Source of the DNA: an uncultured delta proteobacterium
GTDB taxonomy: Bacteria > Desulfobacterota > Binatia > DP-6
Assembly (NCBI GenBank): GCA_963815115.1
Contig: CAWFFN010000008.1
Location: forward strand, 608,001 to 672,000
Length of the DNA stretch: 64,000 nucleotides
Reading direction: 5' to 3'
The position numbers and the translations under genes are program-made. This document shows positions 29,353 through 38,726 of this stretch, piece after piece; within the stretch, counting starts at the first letter, position 1; each line of letters starts with the position of its first letter. The notes under the pieces are model-generated. The model was not told the DNA's origin and did no database searches. It worked only from the letters and a program-made list of their open reading frames with translations.

Positions 29353-30195
29353 TCACCCCTCGAGCGCGCCGGCGAGGCGCGCGAAGTCCGCCAGAGCGAG
29401 CGTCTCCGCGCGCGCCCGCGGGTCGACGTCGGCGCGCGCGAACCACGCCGTCTGCGCCGCGGCCGACAGCCCGCGCGCCGCCGCCAGCGCCGCGAGCGCG
29501 TTGCGCAGCATCTTGCGGCGCTGGCCGAAGGCTGCACGCACGACCGCCTCGTACGTCGCGGGATCGTCGAGCGGGACGCGCGGGGCGGGCGTGAAACGCA
29601 GGACGGCGACCGCGGAATCGACGCGGGGCGGCGGCAGGAAGCTCCGCCGCGAGACGCCGAACGCCACCCGCACCTCGGCGTGGGTCTGCACCATCACCGA
29701 CAGCGCGCCGCGCGCGTCGGCCCCGGGCGGCGCCGCGAGCCGGGCGGCCACCTCGCGCTGCAGCATCACGACGGCGCGCGGGATGCGGGCGCGCAGCGCG
29801 AGCAGGCGGAAGAGCACCGGGGTCGAGATGTTGTACGGCAGGTTCGCCACCACGGTGATCTGGTCGTCCTCGAGCAAGGTCTCGAGCGGCAGCCTGAGCA
29901 CGTCGCCGACGAGGACGCGCACGTGCGCTCTCCCGGCGTGGCGCTCGGTCAGCCGCGCCGCCAGACCGCGGTCGATCTCGACCAGGTAGAGCCGCGCCGC
30001 GCGCGCCGCGAGCTCGTCGGTGAGGGCACCCAGCCCGGGACCGATCTCGAGCACCGCGGCGCCGGGCTGCAGGTCCGCCGCGCCGACGATGCGGCGAGCC
30101 ACGGCGGGGTCGCACAGGAAGTGCTGGCCCCAGCGTTTCTGCGGCCGGAGCCCGGCGGCGGCGAGCGCGGCCCGCGCCTCCCGCCGTGCCCCCAT
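29353..30195 (-). CDS. rsmA: 16S rRNA adenine dimethyltransferase
   Basis: WGQHFL, EIGPGLG, ANLPYNIS, QRRKML. Confidence 0.95.
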   Translation of the reverse strand: MGARREARAALAAAGLRPQKRWGQHFLCDPAVARRIVGAADLQPGAAVLEIGPGLGALTDELAARAARLYLVEIDRGLAARLTERHAGRAHVRVLVGDVLRLPLETLLEDDQITVVANLPYNISTPVLFRLLALRARIPRAVVMLQREVAARLAAPPGADARGALSVMVQTHAEVRVAFGVSRRSFLPPPRVDSAVAVLRFTPAPRVPLDDPATYEAVVRAAFGQRRKMLRNALAALAAARGLSAAAQTAWFARADVDPRARAETLALADFARLAGALEG

Positions 30196-31214
30196 CAGCC
30201 GGACCAGGGCACGCCGAACGGCAGCGCCGCGTCCGCCTCGACGGCGAGGTCGTCGCGGTCACCCGCGGCGAGGCGAGCCCATCCCGCCAGCGCCACCATG
30301 GCGGCGTTGTCCGTGCACAGCGCGGGCCGCGGGACGACGACCTCGACCCCGCGTTCCTCGCCCAGCGCCGCCATGCGCTCGCGCAGCCGCCGGTTCGCCG
30401 ACACGCCACCGGCGACGACCAGCCGCTCGGCGCCGGTGGCATCGAGGCCCTCCGTGGTGGTGGCGACCAGCATGTCGACCAGCGCCTCCTGGACGCTGGC
30501 GGCGATGTCCGGCAGCTCGTCGCGGGTCGGCGGGTGGTCGCGCACGTGCTGCCACACGGCCGTCTTGAAGCCGCTGAAGCTCAGGTCGAAGCGGCCCCGC
30601 TTGAGGCGCGCCCGCGGGAAGCGGAACGCCGTCGGGTTGCCCTCGCGCGCCAGGCGATCGATCGCCGGGCCGCCCGGATACCCGAGCCCGAGCGCCTTGG
30701 CGACCTTGTCGAATGCCTCCCCGACGGCGTCGTCACGGGTCTTGCCGAGGCACGCGTAGTCGCCCGGGCCGCGCGCCAGGTAGAGACCCGAGTGCCCACC
30801 CGAGACGACGAGACCGAGGAACGGGAAGCGCACCGGATCGTCGGCTCCGCGGTCCAGGTTGGCGGCGAGCAGATGACCCTCCAGGTGGTTCACGCCCACC
30901 AACGGGATGTCGCGCCGGAGCGCGATGCCCTTCGCGACGGAGAGGCCGACCAGGAGCGACCCGATCAGGCCAGGCCCCCGCGTCACCGCGATCCCGCCGA
31001 CCTGCTCCAGCCCGACGTCCGCCCGCCGCAGCGCCGCGTCCACCACCGCGAGCATGTTGCGCACGTGGTGGCGAGAGGCCAGCTCCGGGACGACGCCGCC
31101 GTAGGGCCCGTGCACCGCGTCCTGCGACGACACGATCGACGACACGAGGCGGCCGTCCCGCAGGACGGCCGCCGCCGAGTCGTCGCAGGAGCTCTCGAGC
31201 CCGAGGACGAGCAC
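30195..31214 (-). CDS. tsaD: tRNA N6-adenosine threonylcarbamoyltransferase
   Basis: GLESSCDD, GGVVPELASRHH, NHLEGH, DDAVGEAFDK, CTDNAAM. Confidence 0.96.
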   Translation of the reverse strand: MLVLGLESSCDDSAAAVLRDGRLVSSIVSSQDAVHGPYGGVVPELASRHHVRNMLAVVDAALRRADVGLEQVGGIAVTRGPGLIGSLLVGLSVAKGIALRRDIPLVGVNHLEGHLLAANLDRGADDPVRFPFLGLVVSGGHSGLYLARGPGDYACLGKTRDDAVGEAFDKVAKALGLGYPGGPAIDRLAREGNPTAFRFPRARLKRGRFDLSFSGFKTAVWQHVRDHPPTRDELPDIAASVQEALVDMLVATTTEGLDATGAERLVVAGGVSANRRLRERMAALGEERGVEVVVPRPALCTDNAAMVALAGWARLAAGDRDDLAVEADAALPFGVPWSG

Positions 31215-31229
31215 TCCGCTCGCCTCGCC

Positions 31230-32747
31230 TCAGCTCGACGGCTTGACCGCGAGGAAGATCGTGTTGTCGCCCCGCCGCACGAGGAACAGCACGCTCTTGC
31301 CCTTGCCCGCCCCGCGCATGATCTTGTTGTAGGCGCCGACGTCCTTCACCGGCGTGCGGTTCACCTCGACGATGACGTCGCCGCGCCGCATGCCCGCATC
31401 ACCCGCCGGGCCCGATGGATCGACCTGCGTCACCACGACCCCCTTCAGCCCGCGCTCGAGGCCGAGATTCTCCGCCAGCTCGGGGGTGAGGCTCTGCACC
31501 GTGATGCCGAGGTCCTCGCCACCGCCGCCTCCCGCCTGTGCGAGCTCCTCCTCGTCCTTCAGCTCGGCGATGGTGACCGTGAAGGTCTCCCGCTTCTTGT
31601 CGCGGATCACGGTGAGCTTCGCCGTCTTGCCGACCGTCGTGCGCGCCACGAGCAGCGGAAGCTCCGCCGAGTCGTTCACGGGCTTGCCGTCGAACTCGAC
31701 GATGACGTCGCCCTGCTTCAGGCCGGCGGCCTCCGCCGGGCCGTCCTTCACGACGTCCGCGACCAGTGCGCCCTTGGACTCGTCGAGTCCGAGCGACTCG
31801 GCGATGTCGGGCGTCACCTTCTGGATCATCACGCCGAGCCAGCCGCGGGTGACCTTTCCCTTGTCCTTCAGCTGCGGGACGATCTCCTTGGCCAGGTCGA
31901 TCGGGATCGCGAAGCCGATGCCGATGTTGCCGCCGCTGCGGCTGAAGATCGCCGTGTTGATGCCCACGACCTCGCCCTTGGTGTTGAGGAGCGGACCGCC
32001 GGAGTTGCCGGGATTGATCGCCGCGTCGGTCTGGATGAAGTTGTCGTACGGCCCCTGGTTGATGTGCCGCCCGACGGCGCTGACGATGCCGACGGTGACC
32101 GTGTTCTCGAGGCCGAAGGGATTGCCGATGGCGACCACCCATTCGCCGACGCGCAAGCTGTTCGAGTCTCCCAGCTTCACCGCGGGCAGGTCCTTGGCGT
32201 CGCCCTTGATCTCGATGAGCGCGATGTCGGTCTTCGCGTCGCGCCCCGCGACCTTGGCCTTGAACTCCTTGCCGTTCGAGAGCTTGACGACGATCTCGTC
32301 GGCGTTCTCGACGACGTGATTGTTGGTGAGGATGTAGCCGCTCGAGTCGATGACGAAGCCGGAGCCGAGGCTCTTGGCCTTGAACGGCTTGCGTGGCTGC
32401 CCGAAGAAGCGCTCGAACGGTCCGTAGAATTCGCCGAAGGGATCGTCCTCGCCCTGGCCCTGGCCCGGTCCCTGTCCGCCCCCGGGACCCTGCGGGCCGC
32501 GCGACTTCACCTCCTGGGTGCTCGAGATGTTCACGACCGAGGGTGACATGTGCTCGGACAGGTCGGCGAAGTCCGGCAGCACGACGGCGGGGGGCGGCCC
32601 ACCCGACGGCTTCTGCTCTCCGCCGCCGAAGAGATTGAGCGCCTCGCTGCGTGAAACCAGATCGTACCGCACGCTGACGGCGCTGCCGACCACGAACCCG
32701 ATCAGCGCCGTCGCGACGAGCGCCCGGCGGTTGGTGCCTCTGCTCAT
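31230..32747 (-). CDS. Do/DegP/DegQ family serine protease with two PDZ domains
   Basis: LTNNHVV, DIAL, QTDAAINPGNSGGPL. Confidence 0.93.
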   Translation of the reverse strand: MSRGTNRRALVATALIGFVVGSAVSVRYDLVSRSEALNLFGGGEQKPSGGPPPAVVLPDFADLSEHMSPSVVNISSTQEVKSRGPQGPGGGQGPGQGQGEDDPFGEFYGPFERFFGQPRKPFKAKSLGSGFVIDSSGYILTNNHVVENADEIVVKLSNGKEFKAKVAGRDAKTDIALIEIKGDAKDLPAVKLGDSNSLRVGEWVVAIGNPFGLENTVTVGIVSAVGRHINQGPYDNFIQTDAAINPGNSGGPLLNTKGEVVGINTAIFSRSGGNIGIGFAIPIDLAKEIVPQLKDKGKVTRGWLGVMIQKVTPDIAESLGLDESKGALVADVVKDGPAEAAGLKQGDVIVEFDGKPVNDSAELPLLVARTTVGKTAKLTVIRDKKRETFTVTIAELKDEEELAQAGGGGGEDLGITVQSLTPELAENLGLERGLKGVVVTQVDPSGPAGDAGMRRGDVIVEVNRTPVKDVGAYNKIMRGAGKGKSVLFLVRRGDNTIFLAVKPSS

Positions 32748-33190
32748 GCCTCCTCCTTCGGTGTCCCTCGCACGAGCTCCACGTACCGCATGCGAAGGTC
32801 GTAGAGGACGGCCTCGAGCAACTGGGCCTCCGCCTGCTCGAGATTGTTCCTGGTCTTGGCCTCGAGGATGCCGAGGATGTCGATGACGTGCCGGGCCGCG
32901 CCCAGATCGCGCTCCACCTGGCCGCTCACCGGGCTCTCGATGTCGCCCAGGTGGAGCAGCGCCTGCGTGCTCAGTCCGAGGATGAAGGTGGAGAAGCTGA
33001 CCGGCTCCTCCGGCGCGCGATCGCCGGTCGGCCCGGGCTCGGGGGCCGATTCGGCCTCGGGCGCCGGCTCGATCCCGGCTCCGGACGACGCTTCGGTCTG
33101 CTCCTCGGCCGGATGCGCCTCGCCCTCGTCTGCAAAGCGCCGACGATCGGTGACGCGGAAGCCGCGTGACGAGTCCTTGTCCTCTTCCAT
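32744..33190 (-). CDS. DUF1844 domain protein
   Basis: FRVTDRRR, FSTFILGL, ARHVIDILGILEAKTRNNL, LYDLRMRYV. Confidence 0.85.
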   Translation of the reverse strand: MEEDKDSSRGFRVTDRRRFADEGEAHPAEEQTEASSGAGIEPAPEAESAPEPGPTGDRAPEEPVSFSTFILGLSTQALLHLGDIESPVSGQVERDLGAARHVIDILGILEAKTRNNLEQAEAQLLEAVLYDLRMRYVELVRGTPKEEA

Positions 33191-33229
33191 CGTCGATCCC
33201 TCGTCCCTCAGCTCCTCGACGGGACGCAC

Positions 33230-33443
33230 GCTCGTCGGCGGCCCCGGCCGACGTCACCTGCCTGCCGCGCCCGGTTCAACGAGGATGACGTCCGCCGACC
33301 GCAGCCCACACGGCAGCCGCCCCGACAAGGACCGCGACCTGCGCGCCTGGCGCCTTCACGGTGACGAGCTTCGGCGCGCGGCACGGACACGTCTTCCGGG
33401 GTTGCGTGAGATCGTGGGTGCAGCCTGGGGGGAGCCTCTTTAT
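33230..33443 (-). ncRNA. Candidate structured RNA or 5' leader (family unassigned)
   Basis: Rod-like imperfect stem 33297-33425 plus a second stem 33250-33292 downstream of a strong promoter; no credible ORF. Confidence 0.35.
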
Positions 33444-33450
33444 GGCGCGG

Positions 33451-33479
33451 ACGCTAGACCCGGGGTCGGTGCTTGTCAA
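33451..33479 (-). promoter_or_regulatory. sigma70 promoter for leader-DUF1844-degP operon
   Basis: TTGACA-N17-TAGCGT. Confidence 0.65.
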
Positions 33480-34996
33480 GGATTGGACCCGGCAGAGCCG
33501 GGCTCGACGAGCGCCGCGATGCGACCGCCGCGCTCCCGGGCTCGCCGCCAGTCATCGGCGGAGACGACGAAGCGGACGGGGCGCCCGTCCACCGTGTTGT
33601 CGGGGAAGACGGTCACGAAAATTCCGGCCCATCCGGGCAGGCGACCCGGCAGGAAATGCAGGATGAACTGCGCGGGCAGGAAGGTCTGGTTCTCGATCCG
33701 CACGGCGGCGCCCGGCGGCGAGGCGGCGACTGCCTCGCGGACGGTCCCGACCACCCGCGCGGTCTCGGCACGCTCCCAGTCGTGGTGGTCGATGGGGAGG
33801 GGCCGGACGAAGAGGACGATCGCACGGGCGAGCGCCCAGAGCGCGGCGGTGGCGTACACCGCCCGGCGCGCGGGCCGGCTCCGGATCGCCAGCGCGGCGA
33901 TCGCGATCGAGAGCAGCAGCGTGAGGAGCGCCAGCGGCAGGTACTGATAGCGCGGCGCCAGGGCGGCGGTGAGCACCGGCTCCCGGTAGAATGCGAACAG
34001 GCTCGCACGTCCGACGGCGGTCATCCCGTCGACGGCGGCCAGCAGCAATCCGAGACCGAGGAGCTGGCGGCGCACCACGGGCCCGGATCGGCGCCACCCG
34101 AGGACGAGCACACCGGCGACGACGGCGGCCGCGGCGACGCCGAGCGGGCTCGGGTAGCCCCGGCCGAGACCGAGGAAGCCGAGCACCAGGGTGCAGGCGC
34201 CGAAGGCGAGCAGATGCATCCCGAGCACGACCGCCCCGGGGAGCGCGGCCACGGTCGCCCGCCCGGTGAGCGCCTCGCGAAACGGCACGTCGGCGTCGGA
34301 CGACTGCGCGCGCAGGACGCCGTACACGGCGAAGATCGCGAGCGCGGCCAGGATCAGGATGCCGATGCTCCGCGGGCCGCGCCGCTTCGCCGGCAGCGCG
34401 AGCAGGACGGTCAGCGGGAACGCGGCGCAGATGGCGAGGCCGGCCGTGTAGCACGTCGCGCCGACGGCGAGGAGCGCACCCCACCACAGGGCGCGGCGGG
34501 GCTGCAGGATCTCGTCGCGCGCGACCGTGGTGCCGAGGGCCGCGAGCACCGCGAGCACGAGGGTCGTGAGAAGCACCTGGCCGTAGGCGGAGTACCACCC
34601 GAGCGCACCCTCGAGCACCGGAGACGTGCCCCAGAGCGCGGCACCGACGCACGCCAGCACGAGATCGCCCGTGAAGCCCCGGATCGCGCGCGCGAGCAGG
34701 AGCACGTTCACCAGGTGGGTGAGCAGCATGCTCCAGAAGTAGGGCCGCGGATCCGGTCCGAAGACGTGGAACAGGCCCGCGAAGACGAGATTGCGGACCA
34801 GGTAGAACTGCCCGATGAAGAGCTCGCTCGAGAAGCTCCAGAGCGTCCGGGTGGCGATGTCGTAGAGGTGCACGAAGTCGTCGTTCCAGAAGTAGTTGTT
34901 GCGGATCGGCGCCCAGACGGCCGCCGCGGCCACGAGCGGCAAGACCGCCAGGAGCGCCGTGACGATCGCGGAGCGAGCGGAGTGGTGCGCTGGCAT
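33476..34996 (-). CDS. Polytopic membrane protein, GT-C fold glycosyltransferase candidate
   Basis: TM1 followed by YFWNDDF acidic motif, many TMs, PRYQY, periplasmic C-terminus. Confidence 0.55.
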   Translation of the reverse strand: MPAHHSARSAIVTALLAVLPLVAAAAVWAPIRNNYFWNDDFVHLYDIATRTLWSFSSELFIGQFYLVRNLVFAGLFHVFGPDPRPYFWSMLLTHLVNVLLLARAIRGFTGDLVLACVGAALWGTSPVLEGALGWYSAYGQVLLTTLVLAVLAALGTTVARDEILQPRRALWWGALLAVGATCYTAGLAICAAFPLTVLLALPAKRRGPRSIGILILAALAIFAVYGVLRAQSSDADVPFREALTGRATVAALPGAVVLGMHLLAFGACTLVLGFLGLGRGYPSPLGVAAAAVVAGVLVLGWRRSGPVVRRQLLGLGLLLAAVDGMTAVGRASLFAFYREPVLTAALAPRYQYLPLALLTLLLSIAIAALAIRSRPARRAVYATAALWALARAIVLFVRPLPIDHHDWERAETARVVGTVREAVAASPPGAAVRIENQTFLPAQFILHFLPGRLPGWAGIFVTVFPDNTVDGRPVRFVVSADDWRRARERGGRIAALVEPGSAGSNP

Positions 34997-35135
34997 GCGA
35001 GGCGAGCGCGCGGACGCGCCGGCTGCGGCTTGCTAGCATGCTCGTCACACGAGGCTCAATGGCCGCGGCAACGCCGCGGCCGCCGGCCGTGTTTCGTTGA
35101 CGCCGCCAGGCGGCGGCGATAGTTCGCTGGCGCCA

Positions 35136-36473
35136 ATGGAGGGGGCCGCCCAGATCACCCTGCAGAGCTTCGGCCGTACCTGCCGGGCCACGGTGCGCGC
35201 GCTCCGTCCGGAGCGCGAGCGCGAGCTGCTCGCCGCGGTGCGGGCCGGAAGTCCCGGCGGCTTTCTCGCCCGCGGATCGGGCAGGAGCTACGGCGACTGC
35301 GCGATCGCCACCGAGGCCACGGTGGTCCTGATGCAGCGCCTCGACCGGCTGACCGCGTTCGATCCGGAGCGTGCCGAGATCGTGTGCGAGGCCGGCGTGG
35401 AGCTCGGCGAGCTGGTGCGCCTGTTTCTGCCGCGAGGCTTCCTGGTTCCCGCCTGCCCCGGTAGCGCGCAGGTGACCGTCGGCGGTGCGATCGCGAACGA
35501 CGTGCACGGCAAGAACCAGCTGGCCGAAGGCTGTTTCGGACACCACGTGCGCTGGATCGATCTGGTGCTCGCCTCGGGCGAGGTGGTCCGCGTGTCACCG
35601 AGCGAGCGCCGGGAGCTCTTCGAGGCGACGATCGGCGGTGTCGGCCTCACCGGCATCGTGCTGCGCGCGTGCTTCGGGCTCGAGCGCGTCCCGTCCGTCG
35701 CACTCCGCTGGCGCGCGCGGCGGATCCCCGGCTTCGACGCCTTCCTCGACGCGCTCGACCGCGCTGCCTGCGAAGCGGCGTACGTCGTGGGGTGGGTGGA
35801 CGGCACGGCGCGCGGCGCGGCGCTCGGCCGCGGCATCCTGGAGACCGCCGAGTTCACTTCCGCCGCGGGGAGCGTCAGGCTGCCGCCGCACCGGGCGACG
35901 GGACGCGGACTCGCCGCTCCCGGCCCGCCATTCGCGCGTCAGGCCGTCGCGGCGTGGAACGCGCTGCGGCTCCTGCGCGTCCCTGCCCAGGGCATGACGC
36001 GGACGCTCGACGTGGCGCGCGTCCTGTTTCCGCTCGATGCGAACTCGCTCTATGGCCGACTGCGTCTTCGCGAGCTGCACGCCGTGTTCCCCGAGATCGA
36101 CGCGGGCGCCGGCCTGCGCCGCGTCCTCGCGGCGCTGGCGGAGTCCTCGGTGCCGCCGCTGCTCGTCGCCCTCAAGCGCTTCGGCCGCCCCGGCATCGGG
36201 CACCTCTCCTTCGCCATGCCGGGGCACTCGCTGGTGATCGACATGCCGGCGGATCGCCGCGCGGAGGCGTTGCTGGGCCGCCTCGAGGCGATCGTGCTCG
36301 AGCACGGCGGACGCATCTATCTCGCCAAGGACGGCACGCTCGCGGCCGAGTCGTTCGCGCGCATGTATCCGAGGCTGGGCGATTTCCGGCGCGTGCTCGC
36401 GACGGTCGATCCCCAGGGGGTGTTCCGCTCCGATCTCGCGCGCCGCCTGCGCATTCGTGAAGCCGCCGAATGA
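35136..36473 (+). CDS. FAD-binding oxidoreductase, DprE1-like
   Basis: ARGSGRSYGD, TVGGAIANDVHGKN, TIGGVGLTG, LKRFG, GGRIYLAKD, SDLARRL. Confidence 0.85.
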   Translation: MEGAAQITLQSFGRTCRATVRALRPERERELLAAVRAGSPGGFLARGSGRSYGDCAIATEATVVLMQRLDRLTAFDPERAEIVCEAGVELGELVRLFLPRGFLVPACPGSAQVTVGGAIANDVHGKNQLAEGCFGHHVRWIDLVLASGEVVRVSPSERRELFEATIGGVGLTGIVLRACFGLERVPSVALRWRARRIPGFDAFLDALDRAACEAAYVVGWVDGTARGAALGRGILETAEFTSAAGSVRLPPHRATGRGLAAPGPPFARQAVAAWNALRLLRVPAQGMTRTLDVARVLFPLDANSLYGRLRLRELHAVFPEIDAGAGLRRVLAALAESSVPPLLVALKRFGRPGIGHLSFAMPGHSLVIDMPADRRAEALLGRLEAIVLEHGGRIYLAKDGTLAAESFARMYPRLGDFRRVLATVDPQGVFRSDLARRLRIREAAE

Positions 36474-37210
36474 CGGAGGACACCTGGCTCGTCCTGGGGG
36501 CGTCCTCCCCGATCGCCCGGGCGATCGCTCGTCGCGTCGCCGAGCGCGGCCAGCGTTTGCTCCTGGCCGGCCGCGATCGCGAGGATCTGTCCCGGATCGC
36601 CGAGGACCTCGCGGTGCGCGGCGCCGCGCGCGTCGAGGTCCTGGCGTTCGACGCCGCCGACCTGGAGAGTCACGCCGGATTCGCCGCCCGGTGCGCCGAG
36701 CTGGCCGGCGGGGGCGCGCTCGCGGTGCTGGTCGCGTTCGCCGTCATGCCCGAGCAGCCGGACATCGACGGCGACCCGTCGCTGGTCCGCCGCACCATCG
36801 ACACCACGTTCACCGGCGCGGCCTCCGTGCTGCACCACCTCGTGCCCCAGCTCGAGCGCGGCGGGCGCGTCGTCGTCCTGGGCTCCGTCGCGGGCGACCG
36901 CGGGCGGCCGCGCAACTACGTGTACGGCGCGGCCAAGGCGGGGCTGCACGCCTACCTCCAGGGCTTGCGCGGACGCCTGCATCGGCGCGGCGTGCCGGTC
37001 ACCACGGTGAAGCTGGGCTTCGTCGACACCCCGATGACCTTCGGACGTCGCGGCACCTTCCTGGTCGCGTCACCCGACGCCGCCGCGGCGGCCGTGCTCC
37101 GCCACGCCGACCGCGGCACCGACGTGTGCTACGTCCCGGCCTTCTGGCGTCCAGTGATGCTCGCCATTCGTCTGGTTCCCGAGCGCTGGTTCAAGCGGCT
37201 CGACCTGTGA
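36470..37210 (+). CDS. SDR oxidoreductase, DprE2-like
   Basis: LGASSPIA, SVAGDRGRPRNYVYGAAKAG, KLGFVDTPMT; coupled to DprE1-like gene. Confidence 0.85.
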   Translation: MTEDTWLVLGASSPIARAIARRVAERGQRLLLAGRDREDLSRIAEDLAVRGAARVEVLAFDAADLESHAGFAARCAELAGGGALAVLVAFAVMPEQPDIDGDPSLVRRTIDTTFTGAASVLHHLVPQLERGGRVVVLGSVAGDRGRPRNYVYGAAKAGLHAYLQGLRGRLHRRGVPVTTVKLGFVDTPMTFGRRGTFLVASPDAAAAAVLRHADRGTDVCYVPAFWRPVMLAIRLVPERWFKRLDL

Positions 37211-37283
37211 GGGTCGTCCGCGGCCGTCCTCGCGACGCCGCCGGCTTTGCAGCCGGAAGTCCTCTCGCGTATCAGGACGCCCC

Positions 37284-38726
37284 GTGGCCGCCCCCCGCAT
37301 CGGCGTGATCGCCGCCGCCGGCCAGGGACGCCGCATCCATCCGCGCAGCGCGAGCGTGCCCAAGGTGATGCTCGACGTGGCGGGAAAGCCGCTCCTGGTG
37401 CGCAACGTCGAGCTGCTCCGCGATGCCCTCGGGGTCCGCGAGGTGATCGTGGTGATCGGCCATCTCGGCGCCGTGGTCCGCGAGCGGCTCGGTGACGGCA
37501 GCTCGCTCGGCGTCGAGCTGCGCTACGTCGAGAACCCGCGCGCCGACGACGGGCTCGGCACGATCCTGCCCGCGCTCGAGCCGCACGTGCAGCAGCCGTT
37601 CGTGCTCCTGCTGGGCGACGAGCTCTATCTCGAATCGAACCATGCCGGGCTCGCCGGTGTCACGGCGCCGTGGGTCGCCGTGTGCGCCGTGCACCGCACG
37701 GACGACCCCGAGGTCGTCCGGAAGAACTACGCCGTCGAGGTCGTCGACGGCCGCATCACGGCCCTGATCGAGAAGCCGCCCTCGCCCCACGGCGGCCTGG
37801 TCGGCTGCGGCACCTTCCTGCTCGATCCCGAGATCTTCACGACCGCGCGTGGCACCCCGCCCTCGTCCCGGACCGGTAAGCTCGAGCTCATCGACGTGAT
37901 CGACCGTGCCGCGCGCGAGGGCGGTCTGGTGCGCGCCTACGAGCTCACGGGGCACTATCTCAACGTCAACTCGGTGGACGATCTGAATGCCGCCAACTTC
38001 CTCGCCCGCTCGCTGGAGTTCGAGCACCGGCGCGTCAGCGTCGTCATCCCCGCTTCTCAGGAGGCCGCCTCGATCGGCGGCGTCATCCGCGACTTCCGCG
38101 AGCACGCGGACGAGATCATCGTCATGGACAACCGCTCGCCGGACGGGACCGGCGACATCGCGCGCGAGCTCGGCGCCGTCGTCCACTCGCGTCCGTTCGC
38201 CGGCTACGGCGACGCCTGCCGGCAGGGCCTGGACGCCGCGACCGGCGACATCCTCGTGCTGGTCGAAGCAGACGGCACGTTCCGGGCGCACGACCTGGGC
38301 AAGCTCCTCGAGTACCTGAAGGACGCCGACATGGTCATCGGCACGCGCACGACGCGCCAGATGATCCAGCAGGGCGCGAACATGGACGGGCTGCTGCGCT
38401 GGGGAAACGTGGCGGTCGGCAAGATCGTCGAGGCGCTGTGGTGGAAGCTCGAGCCGCGCCTGACCGACGTCGGCTGCACCTACCGGGCGCTGTGGCGCGA
38501 CTGCTACCGCAAGATTCGACCGTACCTGGCCGAGGACGGACCCGCCTTCTCGCCGGAGATGATGATCGAGGTGCTGCGCATGGAGGGCCGGCTCATCGAG
38601 GTGCCGGTGAACTACTACCGCCGCCGGGCCGGCGAATCGAAGCACTCGGCGAGCCGCCGGCACAGCATGCGCACCGGCCTCACGATGCTGAACCTGATCG
38701 TGCGCAAGCGGCTGAACCTGCGCTGA
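37284..38726 (+). CDS. Sugar-phosphate nucleotidyltransferase / GT2 (DPM-synthase-like) fusion
   Basis: IAAAGQGRR..PK, LGD, EKP; then VSVVIPA..E, MDNRSPDGT, GYG, EADG, LTDVGC. Confidence 0.82.
   Translation: MAAPRIGVIAAAGQGRRIHPRSASVPKVMLDVAGKPLLVRNVELLRDALGVREVIVVIGHLGAVVRERLGDGSSLGVELRYVENPRADDGLGTILPALEPHVQQPFVLLLGDELYLESNHAGLAGVTAPWVAVCAVHRTDDPEVVRKNYAVEVVDGRITALIEKPPSPHGGLVGCGTFLLDPEIFTTARGTPPSSRTGKLELIDVIDRAAREGGLVRAYELTGHYLNVNSVDDLNAANFLARSLEFEHRRVSVVIPASQEAASIGGVIRDFREHADEIIVMDNRSPDGTGDIARELGAVVHSRPFAGYGDACRQGLDAATGDILVLVEADGTFRAHDLGKLLEYLKDADMVIGTRTTRQMIQQGANMDGLLRWGNVAVGKIVEALWWKLEPRLTDVGCTYRALWRDCYRKIRPYLAEDGPAFSPEMMIEVLRMEGRLIEVPVNYYRRRAGESKHSASRRHSMRTGLTMLNLIVRKRLNLR

Noticed and set aside
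33230-33443. Calling the structured region SRP RNA (ffs) or 6S RNA
   Set aside because: TTGAACCGGG is suggestive, but the SRP CAGG-GGAA-AGCAG motif and the 6S GGTTCAA partner are absent; left unassigned
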